From contig JAKSVB010000002.1 in assembly GCA_024408335.1 (NCBI GenBank), forward strand, positions 90,630-154,629: a DNA stretch of 64,000 nt, in the 5' to 3' direction. The stretch's first letter is position 1, and each line of letters begins with the position of its first letter. This document shows, piece by piece, positions 30,117 through 39,964 of the stretch. The stretch comes from Bacilli bacterium (GTDB taxonomy: Bacteria > Bacillota_I > Bacilli_A > RFN20 > CAG-826). A program made the translations under genes and the position numbers. Below the pieces are notes generated by a model that made no database searches, had not been told where the DNA came from, and was given only the letters and a program-made list of their open reading frames with translations.

Positions 30117-30314
30117 TTACTTATCAGCCTTAATTAACGCGATTTTTGCTTCTGCTTCATTCAAAGTCTTCTGGAGGTCTTTAATTAAGAGGTTACCTTC
30201 TTCATAAAGTTTCATAGCTTCATCTAAAGGAAGTAGCTCATTCTCAACCTTATTAACGATCTCATTAAGCTTATTTAGTTTCTCTTCAAAACTGAGTTCT
30301 TTCTCTTGTTCCAT
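30117..30314 (-). CDS. xseB: exodeoxyribonuclease VII small subunit
   Basis: 65-aa helical protein LSFEEKLNKLNEIVNKVEN..LPLDEAMKLYEEG. Immediately downstream of xseA. Confidence 0.85.
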   Translation of the reverse strand: MEQEKELSFEEKLNKLNEIVNKVENELLPLDEAMKLYEEGNLLIKDLQKTLNEAEAKIALIKADK

Positions 30315-30317
30315 AAG

Positions 30318-31520
30318 TTACTCCTTTGCTGATACTGTGCTGATTATAATACCATCTTTCAAAACTGTATGCAGTTTTTCTCCGACTTTAATCTCGGTCG
30401 ATGATGTGATGACTTTCCCTTCATCGTTTGTTGTCATTGAGTATCCCCTGCTAATGACGTTTTTTGGGTTTAGGGATTTTAGTTTTCCTTCTAAGTTTGT
30501 TATCTCGCTAGCCTTCTTTTCTAATTGGTGTGTAATGGCGAATTCTAGTCTAGAAGAGAGTTGGCTCACTTGTTCGATTGCTTTCTCGTAACTAGATGCA
30601 GGATTCTTGAAGAATGGCCTTTCTGATAATCTTAGAAGCATTTCTTTCTTTCTACTTAGAAGATAGCCGATCGATGTGTCTAAGGATTCTTCTGCCCCCA
30701 TTAGAATTGATCTAATCTCATTTTGATCTGGCGTTGCTGCTTCTGCGGCCCCTGTTGGAGTTGAAACCCTTAGGTCTGATACGTAATCGATTAATGTTGT
30801 ATCTATTTCGTGACCGACTGCTGAGATGCATGGAATCTTACATGAATAGAGTTCCCTGGCAAGAGCTTCATCATTAAAGGCGTCTAAATCCTCATTTGAG
30901 CCACCGCCTCTAGCGATAATTAGCGTATCTAGAGGATAACTCTCCGCAAGCTTTAACGCGCGTAATAAGTCTTTTGGTGCTTCTTTGCCTTGAACGAGGG
31001 ATGGGAATACATAAATCTCGCATATTGGCCAACGTCTATTGATGTTGGTGATAAGATCCGCCTCTGCAGCGCTACTTGCGCCAACGATAAGGCCAATCTT
31101 CTTAGGGAAGGCTGGGATTTCTAGTTTATGCGAAGGATCGAATAACCCTTCTGCCATGAGTTTCTTCTTTAGAGCCTCTAAAGCAAGGAGTTTGGCTCCT
31201 TGGCCAAATTGCTCCATGGTTCTTACTGTTAGGTTATATGTTCCTCTACCGACATAAACGCTCACGGAACCTAAAACAACTACTTGATCGCCGCTTTTTG
31301 GCTCAAAAGGAAGATACATGTAGTTATTTCTCCATATAACGCAGGAAATAACGCTGTCCTTGCCTTCAATCAAATTAAAAAAGAAACCGGAACTATATTC
31401 TTTCCAGTTGCTGATTTCTCCTTTGACGTAGATGTTTTTGAGGTCGTAATCACCCTCAAGCTTGTTTTTGATTAAAGTATTGAGTGTTGCGACGGTTATA
31501 TAGTTTTTGATTTCCATCAA
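30318..31520 (-). CDS. xseA: exodeoxyribonuclease VII large subunit
   Basis: N-terminal OB fold followed by a catalytic region, about 400 aa. Located nusB-xseA-xseB as in Bacillus. Confidence 0.85.
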   Translation of the reverse strand: MMEIKNYITVATLNTLIKNKLEGDYDLKNIYVKGEISNWKEYSSGFFFNLIEGKDSVISCVIWRNNYMYLPFEPKSGDQVVVLGSVSVYVGRGTYNLTVRTMEQFGQGAKLLALEALKKKLMAEGLFDPSHKLEIPAFPKKIGLIVGASSAAEADLITNINRRWPICEIYVFPSLVQGKEAPKDLLRALKLAESYPLDTLIIARGGGSNEDLDAFNDEALARELYSCKIPCISAVGHEIDTTLIDYVSDLRVSTPTGAAEAATPDQNEIRSILMGAEESLDTSIGYLLSRKKEMLLRLSERPFFKNPASSYEKAIEQVSQLSSRLEFAITHQLEKKASEITNLEGKLKSLNPKNVISRGYSMTTNDEGKVITSSTEIKVGEKLHTVLKDGIIISTVSAKE

Positions 31521-31933
31521 TTAAGGGTCTTGTCCAAGATTGCGTTGACGAATTTGTAATCGTTGGCATCAAGATACTTTTTAGCGAGTTCAACTGAAAC
31601 GTTGATAACGATAGCTTTGTCAGTCTTCTCTCTGCTATAGAAGTACTGGCAGTATGCGAGCATAAGAAGAGATTGCTCTAAAAGATTAAGACGGTCGAAT
31701 GTCCACTTTCTCATGCGTGATTCAAAGGCTGGAATGATATCTTTGTAGTGTTTAAGCATACAAACGACCATTTCTTTGACGAAATAATCACTATCGGCAT
31801 ATTCGGTTTCACATAAACCACTCACGATGTCCATAACTGGTGCTTCGAGATTGATTTTTGAGTATGTAAGGATGTCGTAGATTGCGAATAATGCGACTTC
31901 GTGTGCTTTGTTACGTGATAATTCTTTTTCCAT
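31517..31933 (-). CDS. nusB: transcription antitermination factor NusB
   Basis: 138-aa all-helical NusB pattern (AHEVALFAIYD...). Synteny with xseA. Confidence 0.8.
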   Translation of the reverse strand: MEKELSRNKAHEVALFAIYDILTYSKINLEAPVMDIVSGLCETEYADSDYFVKEMVVCMLKHYKDIIPAFESRMRKWTFDRLNLLEQSLLMLAYCQYFYSREKTDKAIVINVSVELAKKYLDANDYKFVNAILDKTLN

Positions 31934-32022
31934 TGTTAGATCAAGCCTTTGATTTTTTAGGCGCCTAAGTTTAACACATTTCTCTTGATTGTGAATATTA
32001 AATGTAATTTATTTACATAAAC

Positions 32023-32053
32023 AAGAAAAAAGCGTGGCCTTTTTGACCACGCT
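32023..32053 (-). terminator. rho-independent terminator after asp23-family gene
   Basis: On the - strand: AGCGTGGTCAAAAAGGCCACGCT followed by TTTTTTCTTG. Confidence 0.75.
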
Positions 32054-32068
32054 TTAACGGAAATTTAG

Positions 32069-32467
32069 TTATTTATGCTCTTTTGTAGCTTTTAGTGGCC
32101 TAACTTTTTCTTTCGATACATGGATTTCGACTGAGAAAGATAGGGTCTCGCACATCATAGAGACGACATTAGAGACCTCTTCTTGAATCCTTGTGCAAAG
32201 AGCGGCTATTTGAGTGATTTTTGGGTTCACTACGGTGTCGATTACGAAATCAACACGTCCGTCTTTTCTGAAAGACGCATGCACTGGGCGGACAAGAGAG
32301 AAGATTGAATTTAATTTGGCAATGATATTGTCTTGAACTAAGTCCTTGATCTTAACGTTTTGGAGGTTGTTGCTTGCGATTGTAGCAATCGTCTCAAACG
32401 CTTTTCTTGAGATGCCGCATTTTCCAGCGCGGTTTTTATATGTATCTAAGTAGTAAAATTCTGCCAT
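32069..32467 (-). CDS. Asp23/Gls24-family alkaline-shock-like protein (YqhY-like)
   Basis: 132 aa, DUF322/Asp23 pattern (GISRKAFETIA...). A YqhY-like gene sits in this xseA-nusB neighbourhood in Bacillus. Confidence 0.6.
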   Translation of the reverse strand: MAEFYYLDTYKNRAGKCGISRKAFETIATIASNNLQNVKIKDLVQDNIIAKLNSIFSLVRPVHASFRKDGRVDFVIDTVVNPKITQIAALCTRIQEEVSNVVSMMCETLSFSVEIHVSKEKVRPLKATKEHK

Positions 32468-32505
32468 GTATTAATATTAACTATTTAATGAGTGTAAATA
32501 AAGAA

Positions 32506-34470
32506 TTAAGCAAGAAGAGCTGCAATTTTTTCTGCAACCTTTTCTGCTGTGAAGCCGCATTCTGCCATAACTAAGTCAGCTGGGCCGCTGTAACCGAATT
32601 CATCTTGTGAGATGACGTTATCAGCGTATTTGTACCATGAGAGGCCGCTAAGCATTTCGATTGCGACGCGCTTTGCCTTTGGAAGAGTGATGATTGCATC
32701 TTTTTCTTCTTTGCTAAGAGCTTCGAAACGTTCGACGCTTGGCATTGAGATGACTGAGCACTTGATGCTTTTTTCTTTTAAGAGCTTAGCTGCGTTGACG
32801 GCAAGACCGACTTCGCTACCAGTAGCGATGAGTTCGAGGTCAGCTGCTTCTTCCTTAACGGTGACGTAAGCGCCTTTAGCGACTGCTTCTAAGCATGAAC
32901 CTTCGATGTTTTGGAGGTTTTGACGTGAAAGGATGAGACAGACTGGGTGATCTTTGGTTGCAATAGCGAGTTTCCAAGCTGCAATGCATTCACGGGTGTC
33001 AGCTGGTCTAATGACTTCGACGCCTGGGATTGATCTAAGAGCAACGAGTTGTTCAATTGGTTCGTGTGTTGGGCCATCTTCGCCGACTGCGATTGAGTCG
33101 TGTGAGAAGAGGTAGATTGCAGGTAAGTGTTGGATAGCACTCATACGGATAGCGTTTTTCATATAGTCACTGAAGACTAAGAATGCGCCGACGTATGAAA
33201 TGACGCCGCCATGGAGAAGCATACCGTTTTGAGCTGCTGCCATGACGAATTCACGGATACCGAAGTTGATGTTCTTAGCTGCACGGTGTTCTGCATCGAA
33301 ACCTGCATCGCCTGGGATAGCGGTTTTGACTGATGAAGCGACGTCAGCACTGCCGCCAAAGGTGAATGGGACTGCTTTAGCGATTTCGACTAACATCTTG
33401 CCGCTGCTATTACGGGTTGCGTCTGGTTTTTCGCCAACTGCTGGTTCAGCGATAGCAAATGGAGTGACGTCACGAGCAAATGCTGCTTCGAAGACTTTTG
33501 CATCTTCTGGGTGGGTTGCTTTGTATTCTGCGTAAGCTGCTTGGTAAGCCTTGTAAGCTTCTGCGCCACGCTTGCCAAATGATTCAGCAAGGACTTCATA
33601 AGTTGAAGCAGGAACGGTGAATTCTGGTTCGTTCCAGCCGAGGTTGGCTTTGGTTTGTGCACCAAGTTCTGCGCCAAGAGGGCTGCCATGTGTGGTGTGG
33701 CTTCCAACTTTTGGTGTGCCATAACCGATGATGGTGTTGAGTTGGATCATGGTTGGCTTGTCGCTCTTCTTAGCAGCTTCGATTGCTGCGTCGATTTCTT
33801 CAAGATCGTTGCCGTCTTTGACTTCGATGGTGTTCCATTCTGAAGCTTGGAAACGAAGCATTTCGTCTTCTGTCATTGAGTTGGTGGTTGGACCATCAAG
33901 AGTTGATTGGTTCTTATCATAGATAAGAATGAGTTTGTTGAGCTTTTGTTTGCCAGCAAGAGAGATAGCTTCTTGTGAGATGCCTTCTTCTAAGCAGCCA
34001 TCGCCACAGAGACAGTAGGTATAGTGATTCATGATCTTCTCACCTTCTTGGTATGAAGCAGCAATGTGAGCTTCTGCCATAGCCATACCAACAGCTTGAG
34101 CAACGCCTTGGCCTAATGGGCCACCAGTTGCATCAACGCCTTTTGTCCAGCCGAATTCTGGGTGGCCTGGGGTCTTTGAATGCATTTGACGGAATGATTT
34201 GATGTCATCCATGCTGACTTCGTAGCCTGCAACGTGGAGCATAGCGTAAAGAAGTGCGCTATTGTGGCCGCTTGAAAGGACGAAACGATCACGGTTGATC
34301 CATTCTGGGTTCTTTGGATCTGCAACGAGGTGGTTCTTGTAAAGAACGTACATTGCTGGGGCAATATCAAGAGCCATGCCTGGGTGGCCGCTGTTTGCTT
34401 TGTTGATTTCGTCAATCAAGAGAGCACGGATTGCGCTAACAGCAAGCGCGTCGGTTTTGTCGAATTTCAT
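32506..34470 (-). CDS. tkt: transketolase
   Basis: N-terminal TPP motif SGHPGMALD...GDGCLEEG, 654 aa. Confidence 0.95.
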   Translation of the reverse strand: MKFDKTDALAVSAIRALLIDEINKANSGHPGMALDIAPAMYVLYKNHLVADPKNPEWINRDRFVLSSGHNSALLYAMLHVAGYEVSMDDIKSFRQMHSKTPGHPEFGWTKGVDATGGPLGQGVAQAVGMAMAEAHIAASYQEGEKIMNHYTYCLCGDGCLEEGISQEAISLAGKQKLNKLILIYDKNQSTLDGPTTNSMTEDEMLRFQASEWNTIEVKDGNDLEEIDAAIEAAKKSDKPTMIQLNTIIGYGTPKVGSHTTHGSPLGAELGAQTKANLGWNEPEFTVPASTYEVLAESFGKRGAEAYKAYQAAYAEYKATHPEDAKVFEAAFARDVTPFAIAEPAVGEKPDATRNSSGKMLVEIAKAVPFTFGGSADVASSVKTAIPGDAGFDAEHRAAKNINFGIREFVMAAAQNGMLLHGGVISYVGAFLVFSDYMKNAIRMSAIQHLPAIYLFSHDSIAVGEDGPTHEPIEQLVALRSIPGVEVIRPADTRECIAAWKLAIATKDHPVCLILSRQNLQNIEGSCLEAVAKGAYVTVKEEAADLELIATGSEVGLAVNAAKLLKEKSIKCSVISMPSVERFEALSKEEKDAIITLPKAKRVAIEMLSGLSWYKYADNVISQDEFGYSGPADLVMAECGFTAEKVAEKIAALLA

Positions 34471-34499
34471 TTTCAGTTCTCCTTATATATAGAAATTTG

Positions 34500-36233
34500 T
34501 TAATCCTTTTTGATTTGAATGCCAACGTCATCAAGAGCGCCTTGGCTAACTTCGCCTGGAGCTTTTGACATTGGGTCGACTGCTTGAAGGTTCTTAGGGA
34601 AAGCGATGACATCACGGATGTTTTCGGTGCCGCTAAGAATCATTGATAAACGGTCAAGGCCAAGAGCGAATCCGCCATGAGGAGGAGCGCCATATTTGAA
34701 GGCATCAATGAACCAGCCGAACTTTCTAGCGGCGTCAGCATCGCTAAGACCCAAGAGTTTGAAGATCTTCCATTGGGTATCGTGGTCGTAGATTCTTAAT
34801 GTTCCACCACCAGCTTCGTAACCGTTGATGACGATGTCGTAAGCATAGGCTAAGACGCGTTCAGGATCTGTGTCAAGGTATTCAAGGTCTTCATCACGAG
34901 GACGTGTGAATGGATGGTGTTCTGCGGTGTATTGATTATCGCTTCCTTCGATCTTGTCGAACATTGGGAAGTTGATAATCCAGAGAAGATCATATGTGTT
35001 AGGTTTGATTAAGCCAAGTTCCTTAGCGAAGCGTGTTCTTAAGGCACCAAGACCGAAATCAACGAAACGTCTATTTGTTGAAGCTGCGATGAGGATGAGG
35101 TCATCTTCATTAAGGTTAAGGGTTGCAGCAAGTTCCTTTTGGCAGGCTTCGTCCATGAATTTGGCGAATGAACCATTTAAGGCACCTGCGTTATATTTGA
35201 GGATTGTTAAGCCCTTAAGGCCAAATTTCTTAGCTTCGTTAACGAGTTCATCTTGGACTTTGCGGCTTGCTTTTGCGCCATATCCAGGAACGACGATCGC
35301 ACGCATGTATTTTGCGTCTTTGAAGCCTTCGAATGAACTCTTCTTCATGACGTCATAGACGTTTTGGAGGAGTAAGCCATAACGAGTGTCAGGCTTATCG
35401 CTACCATAGTTATCCATAGCATCCCAGAAATCCATTCTTCTTAAAGGAAGCTCGATATCATAATTGACGATTTCCTTGAAGTAACGTTTGAGCATGCCTT
35501 CACACATGGTAAGAATCTCATCTTGACTCATGAATGAGGTTTCGACGTCGATTTGGGTGAATTCTGGCTGACGGTCAGCACGTAAGTCCTCGTCACGGAA
35601 GCATTTTGCGATTTGGTAGTAACGCTCAATGCCACCAATCATAAGAAGTTGTTTGAATAACTGTGGTGATTGAGGGAGAGCGTAGAAGTTTCCATGGTGA
35701 AGTCTAGCAGGAACGATGTAGTCTCTAGCGCCTTCTGGGGTAGCGAGGTTAAGGATTGGTGTTTCAACCTCTAAGAAGCGATTGCTATCGAGATATTCGT
35801 GGGTGATTTTGACGATTTGGCTTCTGACTCTGAGTTTTCTTTGAACTTCAGGACGGCGAAGATCGAGATATCTATATTGAAGTCTTGTGTCTTCGAGAGC
35901 GTCTGTTTTGTCAGCTATGATGAAAGGAGGGTTTTCCGCTTTGTTGATGACTTTGAGTTCGGAAACCACTACTTCGATTTCACCAGTCTTGAGTTTTGGG
36001 TTTGGAACGTCTTTCTTCGAGACGACGCCGGTAACAGAAATGACATATTCGTTTCTGGTATCAGGGACTTCAACGCCTTCCTTGACGTAAAGTTGGACGA
36101 TGCCGGTGTTATCACGGAGATCAATGAACTCAATAGCGCCAAGTCTTCTTCTTGTGGAGACCCAGCCGACGAGTTTGACTTCGCGTCCAACGTCCTTTAG
36201 CGATAATTCGCCATTGTAATCTGTTCTTTCCAT
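34500..36233 (-). CDS. aspS: aspartate--tRNA ligase
   Basis: N-terminal OB anticodon-binding domain and class IIb motifs (FRDEDLRADRQPEFTQID; GGGTLRIYD), 577 aa. Downstream of hisS. Confidence 0.95.
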   Translation of the reverse strand: MERTDYNGELSLKDVGREVKLVGWVSTRRRLGAIEFIDLRDNTGIVQLYVKEGVEVPDTRNEYVISVTGVVSKKDVPNPKLKTGEIEVVVSELKVINKAENPPFIIADKTDALEDTRLQYRYLDLRRPEVQRKLRVRSQIVKITHEYLDSNRFLEVETPILNLATPEGARDYIVPARLHHGNFYALPQSPQLFKQLLMIGGIERYYQIAKCFRDEDLRADRQPEFTQIDVETSFMSQDEILTMCEGMLKRYFKEIVNYDIELPLRRMDFWDAMDNYGSDKPDTRYGLLLQNVYDVMKKSSFEGFKDAKYMRAIVVPGYGAKASRKVQDELVNEAKKFGLKGLTILKYNAGALNGSFAKFMDEACQKELAATLNLNEDDLILIAASTNRRFVDFGLGALRTRFAKELGLIKPNTYDLLWIINFPMFDKIEGSDNQYTAEHHPFTRPRDEDLEYLDTDPERVLAYAYDIVINGYEAGGGTLRIYDHDTQWKIFKLLGLSDADAARKFGWFIDAFKYGAPPHGGFALGLDRLSMILSGTENIRDVIAFPKNLQAVDPMSKAPGEVSQGALDDVGIQIKKD

Positions 36234-36250
36234 AACAAATTTACCTTTCT

Positions 36251-37660
36251 TTATTCATCGTCATGATGATGGCAATGGCAGCCTTCTTCATGGCAGTGAC
36301 ATTCATGTTCTTCATCGCCGCATTCGCAATCGCATTCTTCGCAATCGCAATCGCATTCGCATTCGTGGCAATGGCAGTGATGTTCTTCTTCGCAACCGAA
36401 GATGTCATGGAGTTCTTCTTGAAGGTTCTCAAGAGAGATCTCCTGTTGTTCTTGTGTGGCGATGTTCTTGATCTTAAGGACTCCGTTTTCGAGTTCTTCT
36501 TCACCGACGATGAGGGCGTATTTAGCGCCAAGCTTCTCAGCTTTCTTGAACATCGTTCCGAATTTCATGCTTTGGAATGGTGAATCGGTTGAGTAACCGA
36601 AGGATCTACAAGCCATGGTGATTTCGAAAGCGTCGTTTAAGACTTTTTCGCCGACTGGCATGACATATAAATCAAGACCTTCTTCAATATCGTCTAAGAG
36701 ATGGTTTTCCATCATTAAGCTATAAAGACGTTCGACGCCCATTGCAAAGCCAACGCCTGCAAGATCTGGACCTCCGAGCTCTTTGAGGAGTCCGCCATAG
36801 TGGCCACCGCCACAAACAGCGCCGTAATCCTTGCCCTCAGGGCTAGTAAGATGGATTTCGAAGACGAATTCGCTGTAATAGTCTAAGCCACGGACGAGAT
36901 TCTCATCGAGTTCATATTCGATGCCCATAGCGTTGATGATTGAAAGGGTTTCATAGAATCTCTTTTCGCTAGCTTCGGTAAGGTAATCTTTGATTCTTGG
37001 AGCGCCTTTTGCGATCTCTTGGTCATGTTCGACTTTGCAATCGAGGATTCTAAGAGGGTTGAGTTCAAGACGTTCTTTGCAATCGCTACACATCTCGTCG
37101 ATATGGCCTTTGAAGTATTCGACAAGAGCTTCACGGTAGTTTGCTCTGGTTTCAGCATCTCCTAATGAGTTGATTTTGACTTTGACGTTTTGGAAGCCAA
37201 GCATTTGGAGGCCGCTGACGGCGAGAATGACGCATTCTGCATCTGCTCTAGCGTTATCTGATCCGACTTGTTCAATACCGAATTGATGGAATTGGCGGTA
37301 TCTTCCAAGTTGTGGTCTTTCATAACGGTATGCAGCGCCTGAATAGAATAATTTGAGTGGGAGATCACCAGCATAGAGTTTGTTGCTGATGATTGAACGC
37401 ATGACGCCTGCTGTGAATTCTGGACGCATGGTGACGCTTCTATTTCCTTTGTCGAGGAAGGTGTACATCTCTTTACGGACGATGTCACTTCCTGCGCCTG
37501 TGCCACGTGAGAAGACTTCTGTGTATTCAAGGGTTGGAAGCATGATCTCTTTGTAGTTATAAAGTTCGCAAGCAGCCGCTAAAACTGTCTCGATGTAGCG
37601 CATGCCTAAGACTTCTTTGCCATAAATATCATGTGTGCCTTTAACTGGTTGATATTGCAT
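36251..37660 (-). CDS. hisS: histidine--tRNA ligase with ~45-aa Cys/His/Glu/Asp-rich C-terminal tail
   Basis: Class IIa HisRS motifs (TLRPE..; GGGRYDGL-like GGGHYGGL) and an anticodon-binding domain. It ends with an in-frame tail ...EEHHCHCHECECDCDCEECDCECGDEEHECHCHEEGCHCHHHDDE. Confidence 0.9.
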   Translation of the reverse strand: MQYQPVKGTHDIYGKEVLGMRYIETVLAAACELYNYKEIMLPTLEYTEVFSRGTGAGSDIVRKEMYTFLDKGNRSVTMRPEFTAGVMRSIISNKLYAGDLPLKLFYSGAAYRYERPQLGRYRQFHQFGIEQVGSDNARADAECVILAVSGLQMLGFQNVKVKINSLGDAETRANYREALVEYFKGHIDEMCSDCKERLELNPLRILDCKVEHDQEIAKGAPRIKDYLTEASEKRFYETLSIINAMGIEYELDENLVRGLDYYSEFVFEIHLTSPEGKDYGAVCGGGHYGGLLKELGGPDLAGVGFAMGVERLYSLMMENHLLDDIEEGLDLYVMPVGEKVLNDAFEITMACRSFGYSTDSPFQSMKFGTMFKKAEKLGAKYALIVGEEELENGVLKIKNIATQEQQEISLENLQEELHDIFGCEEEHHCHCHECECDCDCEECDCECGDEEHECHCHEEGCHCHHHDDE

Positions 37661-37672
37661 ATGATTTCCTTT

Positions 37673-39922
37673 CTATTTCATAACGCGTTCACAGCTGTAA
37701 ACGCCTTTGACTTCTTGTATTGCTTGGAAGACCGTCGCTATCGTCTCTTTGTCTGGGACATAGATAGTGAGGTTAACGATATCGTGCATCGTCTTTGGGG
37801 CAAGGTGGATCTTAAGGTCGGTGACCAAGATTCCTTTTGATGAGAGGACACCCATCAAGTCGACGAGCAAGTTGCTTCTATCGTTCGCCGAGATTCTAAC
37901 CATTACCGGGAATTTGGCGGTCTTTCCTAAATTTTTGTTCCAGCTTACTGGGATTAGACGAGGTTTGCTCTTAAGTAAGTTAGGGCAATTCTCTCTATGG
38001 ACGACGATTCCTTTGCCATTAACGACATAGCCTACTATTTCGTCTCCCGGAACTGGCGTGCAGCACTTACCCATCGTAATGTGTAAGTTATCCGCGCCTT
38101 CGACGATGATTGGCGTATCAGCGTCGTTTTTGACATTGGATACGAGGTTCTTAGTGAATGATTGGCTCTTCTTCTTTCTAATGCCAAGGTAATCGATGAG
38201 GGCAAATGGCGCTGGATTTCTATTCGCGATAAGCTCATAGAGGTTTTCAAGCGATTTGGCCCCAAAGTGCTCCATGAGGACTGGGTCGTTGAGATATTTT
38301 TCCATCTCACCGCTTCCAATGCCTTGGGAAGCAAATGCCTCAAGCGCGTTTTCTTTGCCTTTTTCGATGATTTCCTCTTTGAGATATTCGTTCTTCTTTT
38401 GGAGGAATCTTCTAATATGGGCCTTAGCGCCTGATGTTTGAGCGATATCTAACCAAGATGGGTTAGGGCCGCTGGCGTTCTTGACCGTCCTAATTTCGCA
38501 GACATCACCGGTCTTTAAGGTTGTGCTAAGCGAGCAATGGGCGCCGTTGACGATTGCGCCAACCGCGCTTTCTGCGACTTTTGTGTGGATTCTATAAGCG
38601 AAGTCGAGGACCGTTGCCCCTGCTGGAAGATCGATGACCTTACCTAGTGGGGTGAAGACATAGACGTTAGCGTTGAAGACGTCGTGTTCGAGAGCTTCAA
38701 TGTATTCCTTAGCGTTTGTGTCGCTTGTGGCGTTAGACATCGAGACGAAGTCGCGGAACCAGTGAAGTTTCTCTTCGATATCCTTTTGTTCGGCTTGAGC
38801 GTTGTAGTTGCCGCCATCTTTGTATCTCCAGTGAGCGGCGACACCGCTTTCTGCGACTTCATCCATCTCCTCGGTTCTGATTTGAACTTCGTAGACGTTT
38901 CCGTCTCCAGAGATGATTGATGTATGGAGTGATTGATATAAGTTAGGTTTTGGGGTTGCTATATAATCCTTGAAACGTCCTGGGATTGGCTTATATGTCG
39001 CGTGGATGGTACCAAGAATCGTGTAGCAGTTAAGGACTGTGTCAGTGATGATACGAACCGCGAGGATGTCATATAGTTCATCGAATGAATGGTTTTTCTG
39101 ATACATCTTGCGGTAGATTGAATAGATTGATTTAACACGGGATTCGATTCTGAACTGGATTTTGTTTTCAAAGAGCAAGTCAGCGATTCTCTTTTGAAGG
39201 GCTCTAAGAGATTCCTGTCTATTCTCTTCTCTAGCGTTTAGAAGATTAAGGATTTCCGCGTATTTCTCAGGTTCGAGATACTTTAATGAGAGGTCTTCCA
39301 TCTCGCTTTGCATCTTGTAGATACCAAGACGGTGAGCGATAGGAGTAAAGACATCTAGCGTTTCTTGCGATAGAGCATGTTGTCTTTCAGGCTTTAAGGC
39401 ATCGAGTGTACGAAGGTTATGGAGACGGTCAGCAAGCTTAACGAGAATGACACGGACATCTCGGGCCATTCCAAGGAAAATCTTCTTATGGTCTTCCGCT
39501 TCAAAGTCTTGCTCGGTTCTATGTGAGAGCTTCATGCGTTGGATCTTAGTTAACGCATCAACGATCATAGCGACGTCTGGGGTAAATTCCCTTTTAATGT
39601 CCTCTACCGTTGTCTCCGTGTCTTCGACGACGTCATGAAGGAATCCTGAGGCCAGAGTTTCAGGACCGCCTTGAAGCTCGGCTAAGATGTAGGCGACTTC
39701 GAGAGGGTGCTGGATATAAGGCTCACCGCTTTTACGGAAAACGCCTTCATGTTGGCTCTTAGCGAACCTATATGCCTTAGCGACCATTTCCCTGTCTTTT
39801 GGGTTTTTGATGTAGGTATAGTAAAGATCTCTAAATTCCTCAAACGTATGCATTTTGTAGCCGCCATTTGGGACAAGAGCCTTAGGTTCAGTTGTGCTAA
39901 TTTCCTTCTTGATTTCTGACAT
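37673..39922 (-). CDS. relA: bifunctional (p)ppGpp synthetase/hydrolase (RSH; Rel/RelA)
   Basis: HD hydrolase domain (HPLEVA...HD), synthetase domain, TGS and ACT domains, 749 aa. Confidence 0.95.
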   Translation of the reverse strand: MSEIKKEISTTEPKALVPNGGYKMHTFEEFRDLYYTYIKNPKDREMVAKAYRFAKSQHEGVFRKSGEPYIQHPLEVAYILAELQGGPETLASGFLHDVVEDTETTVEDIKREFTPDVAMIVDALTKIQRMKLSHRTEQDFEAEDHKKIFLGMARDVRVILVKLADRLHNLRTLDALKPERQHALSQETLDVFTPIAHRLGIYKMQSEMEDLSLKYLEPEKYAEILNLLNAREENRQESLRALQKRIADLLFENKIQFRIESRVKSIYSIYRKMYQKNHSFDELYDILAVRIITDTVLNCYTILGTIHATYKPIPGRFKDYIATPKPNLYQSLHTSIISGDGNVYEVQIRTEEMDEVAESGVAAHWRYKDGGNYNAQAEQKDIEEKLHWFRDFVSMSNATSDTNAKEYIEALEHDVFNANVYVFTPLGKVIDLPAGATVLDFAYRIHTKVAESAVGAIVNGAHCSLSTTLKTGDVCEIRTVKNASGPNPSWLDIAQTSGAKAHIRRFLQKKNEYLKEEIIEKGKENALEAFASQGIGSGEMEKYLNDPVLMEHFGAKSLENLYELIANRNPAPFALIDYLGIRKKKSQSFTKNLVSNVKNDADTPIIVEGADNLHITMGKCCTPVPGDEIVGYVVNGKGIVVHRENCPNLLKSKPRLIPVSWNKNLGKTAKFPVMVRISANDRSNLLVDLMGVLSSKGILVTDLKIHLAPKTMHDIVNLTIYVPDKETIATVFQAIQEVKGVYSCERVMK

Positions 39923-39964
39923 ATCAAAAAGATTATACTCTTATTGCTATAATTCTAAACAAGT

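Noticed and set aside
36241-36583. ORFs 36241..36531 (-) and 36263..36583 (+) rich in A/F/I/M
   Set aside because: Frame-shifted or antisense artefacts of the repetitive GCAATCGCATTC DNA that encodes the HisRS Cys/His tail.
37661-37672. T-box or terminator between relA and hisS
   Set aside because: The gap is 12 bp. hisS-aspS appear co-transcribed with relA, so no leader fits.
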